From an uncultured Veillonellaceae bacterium (GTDB lineage Bacteria > Bacillota > Negativicutes > JARBTT01): a DNA stretch of 64,000 nucleotides. The translations under genes and the position numbers were made by a program. The notes below the pieces were generated by a model that saw nothing but the letters and a program-made list of their open reading frames with translations, did no database searches and had not been told where the DNA came from. Every line of letters begins with the position of its first letter. The stretch's first letter is position 1. Positions 58,377-64,000 of the stretch are shown here, piece by piece. The stretch lies in NCBI GenBank assembly GCA_963805085.1, contig CAWDTA010000002.1:1728001-1792000 (forward strand), read 5' to 3'.

Positions 58377-59609
58377 TTATTCTTTACTGGCTAATTTACA
58401 AATCGCTGTGTAAAGAACCTCAGTTCCAGCGATGATGTCTTTCATTTCCGCGTGTTCAGCGGGATTGTGGCTAATACCATTTTTGCATGGGATAAAAATC
58501 ATGCCAGTAGGTGTAGTATGTGCCCAATGCATTGCATCATGACCAGCGCCACTTGGCATTTGCATATGGGAGTAATTTTTTTCTTTGCAGATTTCATCAA
58601 GGAAGTTGATAACTTCATCTTTTAATCTTACAGGAGTTTCGTTGGTCAGGGTCGTAATATCAGCGGTTAAATTGCGGTTTTCAGTAATGGTTTTGATTTT
58701 AGCCATGACGGCTTTCAAAACTTTAATTTTAGTTTCCATGTAAATACTGCGAATATCTATACCTAGTTCAACCGTACCGGGGACAACGTTCATGACGCCA
58801 GGGTGGGCATGGATAATACCGGTGGTACCGACAACAGGGAATTCTTCAGATGCCTTAGCGAGTCTTTCGACTTGCAAGATGATTTCAGCAGCCGCACAAA
58901 GTGCATCTTGCCTCATGTTCATTGGGGTAGCACCAGAGTGATCCGCTTGCCCGTTGATGATGACTTTCATACGGGTAGGTGCTGCAATACCGGTAACAAT
59001 ACCAAGTTGGGTATTCGTTGCTTCTAGTACTTTACCTTGTTCGATGTGGAGTTCCATAAATGCTTTTAATTCATGAGGATATACTGCTTCTTCTATTTTA
59101 TCAGAATCTAAACCGCGAAGTTTTAAAGTATTGTAAAGAGAATGGCCTTTTTTATCGACTAATTTCTTTAGTGTATGGACATCCATTTTGCCGCACATTG
59201 CCTTACTACCAAGTGTAGCAACGCCAAAACGGCTGGATTCTTCCGACATAAAAACAACAACTTCAATAGGGTGTACATTTACAAAGTTTGCTCCATTTAT
59301 GCAGTTGATTACCTCAATAGCACCAAGAACGCCAACAACACCATCAAAATTACCACCGTTTGGTACACTATCAATATGTGAACCAAGCATAACAACTTTA
59401 GCTTTTGGATCTGTTCCTTCCAGGCGACCAATGACATTGCCAAAATGATCAATACGAATTGCTAGACCAGCTTCCTTCATGAGTTCTATAATAAAATTGC
59501 GAGCTTGCCAATCTTCATCACTAAAGGCAATACGTGTAATACCTTGACCTGGGGCTGTAATTGTACTCATCTTTTCAAAATTAATTGCTAGTCTTTTCTC
59601 AGAGACCAT
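58377..59609 (-). CDS. Zn-dependent N-carbamoyl-L-amino-acid/allantoate amidohydrolase family
   Basis: GSHIDSVPNGGNFDG, EESSRFG, ELHIEQG, SGAGHDA, SHNPAE. Confidence 0.92.
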   Translation of the reverse strand: MVSEKRLAINFEKMSTITAPGQGITRIAFSDEDWQARNFIIELMKEAGLAIRIDHFGNVIGRLEGTDPKAKVVMLGSHIDSVPNGGNFDGVVGVLGAIEVINCINGANFVNVHPIEVVVFMSEESSRFGVATLGSKAMCGKMDVHTLKKLVDKKGHSLYNTLKLRGLDSDKIEEAVYPHELKAFMELHIEQGKVLEATNTQLGIVTGIAAPTRMKVIINGQADHSGATPMNMRQDALCAAAEIILQVERLAKASEEFPVVGTTGIIHAHPGVMNVVPGTVELGIDIRSIYMETKIKVLKAVMAKIKTITENRNLTADITTLTNETPVRLKDEVINFLDEICKEKNYSHMQMPSGAGHDAMHWAHTTPTGMIFIPCKNGISHNPAEHAEMKDIIAGTEVLYTAICKLASKE

Positions 59610-59691
59610 GATATCACCATCCTATATGTATTTAATTTAATGGTAAACGTAGAATGGAAATAATGCAACTAATAATAAAAGTCATTTCGTC

Positions 59692-61008
59692 TTATTTTAC
59701 TTTATTTAATAGATCAATAGCGGAGGCTGAAATGACTTTTGTTGCAAGATCAAGTGCTGTCTCGTCGAAATCAAAATAGGAATCATGGTGTCCTGCCGCA
59801 AGGTCTGCGCCAATCATCAGGTAAGCAGCTTGCCCGCCGTGTTTTTGAACCCGTTCCATAAAATAAGAGAAGTCTTCGCTCGCACCAAAGTTGCAAGTTG
59901 AGACAATCTCTTCGAAAATACCGAGACGTTTTGCTGTTTGCGACAGTTTATCCGTAAGTTCTACGCTGGTATTACCGCCAGCAGCACTGCCCATTTCAGT
60001 GATTTTTACATCTACGCCATACATCATTGCCGCGGTTTTAATCACTTTTTGTGCTTCGGCTACCATATATTGATTGATGTTGTTTGTGGCGCCACGAGTT
60101 TCCAATTTTAAAAGTGCATTTGCGGGGATCACATTGCGTCCACTGCCTGCGTTTAATATCCCGACATTAATGCGAGAGGCACCTTCACTATGGCGAGGAA
60201 TTGCATGAAGGTTCAACGTAGCGCAAGATGCAGCAAGTAAAGCATTTTTACCTGTTTCTGGTGCAGCACCAGCATGAGCGGGGAGACCAGTAAATTCTGC
60301 ATCAAATTTACTCGTTGCTAAAAACCCAGTGATATGACAAGCAAGAACACCAGTTTTTTTCATTTGTAAACCCAGATGTGCTCCTAGTATATAATCTACA
60401 TCATCAACGATACCTTGTTCAGCCATGGCTTTTGCACCACGAACGCCTTCTTCAGCAGGTTGAAATATAAGTTTTATCGTACCAGCAAGCTCGTCTTTGA
60501 GTTTTATTAAAATTTCGGCGACGGCCAAGCCGACGGAAGTATGCCCATCATGACCACAGGCATGCATAAATCCTTTGTTTAAGGAAGTGAAACCTTCCTT
60601 GCAGGGGCGATGCTGGTCTGTTTGTGCTTCTATAATATCATTCGCATCCATATCGAAACGAAGAGCAACCGTAGGGCCTGACTTTTTAAATTTAAAAATA
60701 CCAAGAACACCCGTTTTTCCGCCACCCATTTTATTTACCCATTTTGGATTTGCACCTTGATTCATCGCACGTTTCATATGTTCAGCTAAAATAATTGCTT
60801 TTGGCACGCCCGTCATCGCAGATTCAGCAATGACTTGTTTGCCGGTCTGAACTTCGTAGCCTAGGTCTGAGAGTGTATCAGCGACAAATGCTGCCGTACG
60901 AAACTCTGTCCATGCGGATTCGGGATGATGATGTAAATTACGCCGACGGGTAATGGTGATGTCTTTTAATTCTTCGGATAGCGTCATAATTTCATTATCT
61001 AGTATCAT
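59692..61008 (-). CDS. M20D amidohydrolase (AbgA-like p-aminobenzoyl-glutamate hydrolase subunit A family)
   Basis: RRNLHHHPE, LRFDMDA, MHACGHDGH, FQPAEEGVRGA, SEDF, HH..FDFDE. Confidence 0.88.
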   Translation of the reverse strand: MILDNEIMTLSEELKDITITRRRNLHHHPESAWTEFRTAAFVADTLSDLGYEVQTGKQVIAESAMTGVPKAIILAEHMKRAMNQGANPKWVNKMGGGKTGVLGIFKFKKSGPTVALRFDMDANDIIEAQTDQHRPCKEGFTSLNKGFMHACGHDGHTSVGLAVAEILIKLKDELAGTIKLIFQPAEEGVRGAKAMAEQGIVDDVDYILGAHLGLQMKKTGVLACHITGFLATSKFDAEFTGLPAHAGAAPETGKNALLAASCATLNLHAIPRHSEGASRINVGILNAGSGRNVIPANALLKLETRGATNNINQYMVAEAQKVIKTAAMMYGVDVKITEMGSAAGGNTSVELTDKLSQTAKRLGIFEEIVSTCNFGASEDFSYFMERVQKHGGQAAYLMIGADLAAGHHDSYFDFDETALDLATKVISASAIDLLNKVK

Positions 61009-61144
61009 TAAAAACTCACTCCTTATTTTATGAAATAAGGACTGTAACAAAATATTTGTAGCAGTCCGATTAGTATTTGTTAGTACATTGATTCATTACA
61101 ATTATGAACTTATTGCATAAAAACTTGGAAAAACAATTTAAAAT

Positions 61145-61239
61145 AAAAAAAGACGCCATGAGTTACAAAACTCAGGCGTCTTTGCCAATAAATTTTAGAT
61201 TTATGAATACATTATACGATAAGAATGCATTTGTGTAAA
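61145..61239 (-). promoter_or_regulatory. Sigma-A promoter plus leader terminator with an overlapping ANTAR-like hairpin
   Basis: TTTACA-17-TATAAT; GGC-AAAGAC-GCC overlaps terminator aaagacgcc..ggcgtcttttttt. Confidence 0.55.
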
Positions 61240-61455
61240 TATATAAAGGAAATATTAATTGCTCAAGAATATATTCAATGCCTATAAAAATAGGTAATTA
61301 GAAAAAAATTCTTGCTGAAATTCAAAAACATTATTTTATGTAATTATTTTATGTAATTATTTATGATATAATTAATATGAATTTATACTTCTATTCTTAA
61401 AAGTTCTTTGCAAGTTCAGTTGAAAAGCTACAGAAGGTTGATTGGATTATAAGGG

Positions 61456-61848
61456 GTGAAAGTGTTGGAAAAAACATTGAAAATATTAATTTGTGATGAC
61501 TCTAGCTTATTAAGGAAAAAGCTAACGCAAGAATTGGAAAGTAGAAATTGTGAGGTCATGGAAGCTAAAAATGGCAAAGAAGCAGTGATGATGTTCTTAA
61601 AAGAACGTCCTCATGGAATATTTATGGATATTGTTATGCCAGAAGTTGGTGGGATGGAGGCTTTAAAAGCAATCCGTGAAATAGACAAAAAAGCTTATGT
61701 AGTTATGCTGTCATCGGCAGGAACTTCGGCAAAACTATTGGAATCAGTAAAACTAGGTGCAGTTGATTTCATTCAAAAGCCGTATACTGTGGAGCAAATA
61801 GAAAAGGCTTTAACAGACCTGAGAAAGAAGGTAGACAGCAATGCTTAG
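61456..61848 (+). CDS. CheY-like single-domain response regulator
   Basis: ILICDDS, MDIVMP, FIQKP. Confidence 0.92.
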   Translation: MKVLEKTLKILICDDSSLLRKKLTQELESRNCEVMEAKNGKEAVMMFLKERPHGIFMDIVMPEVGGMEALKAIREIDKKAYVVMLSSAGTSAKLLESVKLGAVDFIQKPYTVEQIEKALTDLRKKVDSNA

Positions 61849-62707
61849 TCAATTTTTAGCACAATATCTCTTCAATAAAGATTTGCTGAGTAGTGAACAA
61901 GTTTTGGAAATTCTCGAAAAAGACAAATTCCAACGAGTTGCCCCCGGTGTTGTTGCTTTACATAAAGGACTATTGTCTGCTGAAGAAATTGAAAGAATCC
62001 AAAAAATTCAAATTGATCAAGATAAACTGTTTGGCGAAGTTGCGGTGAATGAAGGTTTGTTAACGGAACAACAAGTAGGTAGTATTCTGGCTGCCCGTGA
62101 AGATAGCAATTTGAGTGTTGCCCAAGCTATAATTAGCAGAGGATTTATGACCTTAGCGGAATTAGGAAAAGTATTAGAAGAATATAGAGATAATAATCAA
62201 TTGAGCATTCATGAATCATTTAGTAAGAGTGAATTTAACCAAATATGTTGCAGAGATTTTGAGGAAGTTCGAGAATTGTATGTGGAATATACAGAACTGT
62301 TTCTAGAGGCATTGGTTAAGTTTGTGGATATTGAAGGCGTTCTTGTCTCCGGTACAGAAATTAAGAGCAAGGAAAAATGGTTGATTACCCAAAGGATGAA
62401 TGGTGAACTTGATTTAGGGACAGGTTTATTGCTAGCAGATGAGGTTCTCTTAAAGATTGCCCAGCAATATAGTAAAGAAGCGATGGATGAAGTAGATCAA
62501 TTGGCGTTGGATAGTGTCGCAGAGTTTTTGAATGTGGTGAATGGTTTATTTGTTGTGCATTTATCAAATCGCAACTTAGATGTAGATTTACAGCCGCAAA
62601 AGTTTGGTAAAGGTGTCATTCCAAGTGGCAATAAACGAGCAGTCATTAATATTGAAACGAAGCTTGGTTTGATTCAATTGCTCATCGCCGCAGATGGTAT
62701 ACAATAA
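61841..62707 (+). CDS. CheX-domain chemotaxis phosphatase-like protein
   Basis: Repeated G...V..GLL N-domain; DSVAEFLNVVNG (E-x-x-N). Confidence 0.75.
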   Translation: MLSQFLAQYLFNKDLLSSEQVLEILEKDKFQRVAPGVVALHKGLLSAEEIERIQKIQIDQDKLFGEVAVNEGLLTEQQVGSILAAREDSNLSVAQAIISRGFMTLAELGKVLEEYRDNNQLSIHESFSKSEFNQICCRDFEEVRELYVEYTELFLEALVKFVDIEGVLVSGTEIKSKEKWLITQRMNGELDLGTGLLLADEVLLKIAQQYSKEAMDEVDQLALDSVAEFLNVVNGLFVVHLSNRNLDVDLQPQKFGKGVIPSGNKRAVINIETKLGLIQLLIAADGIQ

Positions 62708-62874
62708 GTATTGAAAGAGCTGTTTGTTCTAACGGCTCTTTTCAATTGAGGCTTCTCAATAGTATGAAAAATAAATAAATAATAGAGTTGACAAATGGTT
62801 AATATAATGATATTCTATTAGAGGTCGCAGCGGAAAACTGTGATAACTGAATAAACTTACTAGTTTAAGCAATT

Positions 62875-62964
62875 GGAGAGATGTCCGAGTGGTTGAAGGA
62901 GCACGCCTGGAAAGCGTGTGTACGGGCAACTGTACCTGGGGTTCGAATCCCCATCTCTCCGCCA
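62875..62964 (+). tRNA. tRNA-Ser(GGA)
   Basis: Anticodon loop ctGGAaa, long variable arm, GTTCGAATC, CCA. Confidence 0.96.
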
Positions 62965-62980
62965 TTAAATTTTAAAATTT

Positions 62981-63137
62981 GTGCCGTGTTTTTAAAGTGG
63001 GATCACGGTATTTGGGTCTTACGCAATGGAGGCTCATGAATTCCGCCAGGTCTGGAAGGAAGCAACGGTAAGTGATAACCTTTATGTGCCGTAAGGGTGC
63101 CTAAGTACCGTGGTCCGACGTTAAAAGCGCTAGCATA
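62981..63137 (+). ncRNA. ffs: Signal recognition particle RNA (ends approximate)
   Basis: Helix-8 core ccAGGtctGGAAggaaGCAAcgg inside a long stem; located before dnaX. Confidence 0.88.
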
Positions 63138-63302
63138 AATATTGTGATTATAAGCAACCATAGTTATGGTTGCTTTTTTGTATATCGGAAAGATCATGCT
63201 GCATACAAAGGAAAACCATAGAGATGTGTTGAATAGTTGATACATAGAAGGAGTATCTTGAGCGTAGAGGATAAATTTTACTTTTGAGGAGGTGGAATGT
63301 GT

Positions 63303-64000
63303 ATGGCATATGTTGCGTTATATCGTAAGTGGCGTCCGAGTGACTTTAGTAATTTGGTTGGACAAGAACATATCAGTAAGACACTTGTCAATGCTATTCA
63401 TACAGGGAAAATTGCGCATGCTTATCTTTTTTCTGGACCGCGGGGTACAGGTAAAACTAGTACGGCGAAAATTTTGGCGAAAGCGCTAAATTGTGAACAT
63501 GGGCCAACGCCTTCCCCTTGTAATAAGTGTACCAGTTGTACAAAAATTAATGCTGGTTCATCCATGGATGTATTTGAAATTGATGCTGCGTCCAATCGTG
63601 GTATCGATGAAATTCGCGATCTGCGAGAAACGGTAAAATTTGCTCCAGTCGATGGACGGTATAAAGTATATATCATTGATGAAGTTCATATGCTAACGAC
63701 AGAAGCTTTCAATGCTTTGTTAAAAACACTTGAAGAGCCGCCAAGTCATGTGGTTTTCATCTTAGCGACAACTGAAACTCATAAAGTGCCAGCGACCATT
63801 CATTCTCGTTGCCAGCGTTATGATTTTAAACGGATTAGTGTTCCTGAAATAGTCGCACGGTTAGAACTTGTTGCCGATGAAATGAATATTGAAGCAGATA
63901 CTGAGGCGATAAAACTGATTGCTATGCATGCTGACGGCGGTTTGCGGGATGCACTTAGTATTCTAGATCAATGTAGTACACTGGACAATGAGAGAATTAC
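63303..64000 (+). CDS. dnaX: DNA polymerase III subunit gamma/tau (runs off window)
   Basis: MAYVALYRKWRP..VGQEH..HAYLFSGPRGTGKTS..EIDAASN..IIDEVHML. Confidence 0.97.
   Translation, partial: MAYVALYRKWRPSDFSNLVGQEHISKTLVNAIHTGKIAHAYLFSGPRGTGKTSTAKILAKALNCEHGPTPSPCNKCTSCTKINAGSSMDVFEIDAASNRGIDEIRDLRETVKFAPVDGRYKVYIIDEVHMLTTEAFNALLKTLEEPPSHVVFILATTETHKVPATIHSRCQRYDFKRISVPEIVARLELVADEMNIEADTEAIKLIAMHADGGLRDALSILDQCSTLDNERI

Noticed and set aside
62756-63245. ORFs antisense to tRNA-Ser and ffs
   Set aside because: Shadow ORFs of RNA genes; the same applies to the many short antisense or overlapping ORFs inside well-supported CDSs

Overview
Low-GC chromosomal window of a sporulating anaerobic Firmicute. 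Gene content suggests Negativicutes/Sporomusaceae (inference). Order: MarR and pyridoxamine-oxidase-like genes, then a canonical citDEFXCG citrate lyase operon. Next comes an AT-rich ~6.8 kb insert bounded by two near-identical citG copies. It encodes a divergent CitD-like carrier, a CitE-like lyase, a Rid protein, a seryl-tRNA-synthetase-like amino acid:carrier ligase, a CitX-like transferase and an MFS pump behind a YezD/attenuator leader, and is the best candidate for an undescribed system. Then come two Ger receptor operons, nadABC, a decayed XRE/TA patch, housekeeping genes with tRNA-Arg, tadA and tRNA-Ser(CGA). A phage-derived island follows: four copies of a structured ~185 bp leader precede two fibre genes and two FN3 genes around a holin/amidase cassette, and a candidate type I TA closes the island. 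The window ends with peptide/amidohydrolase loci, CheY/CheX, tRNA-Ser(GGA), SRP RNA and the start of dnaX. Two MITE families are present. All calls are from motif reading by eye; no database searches were run.
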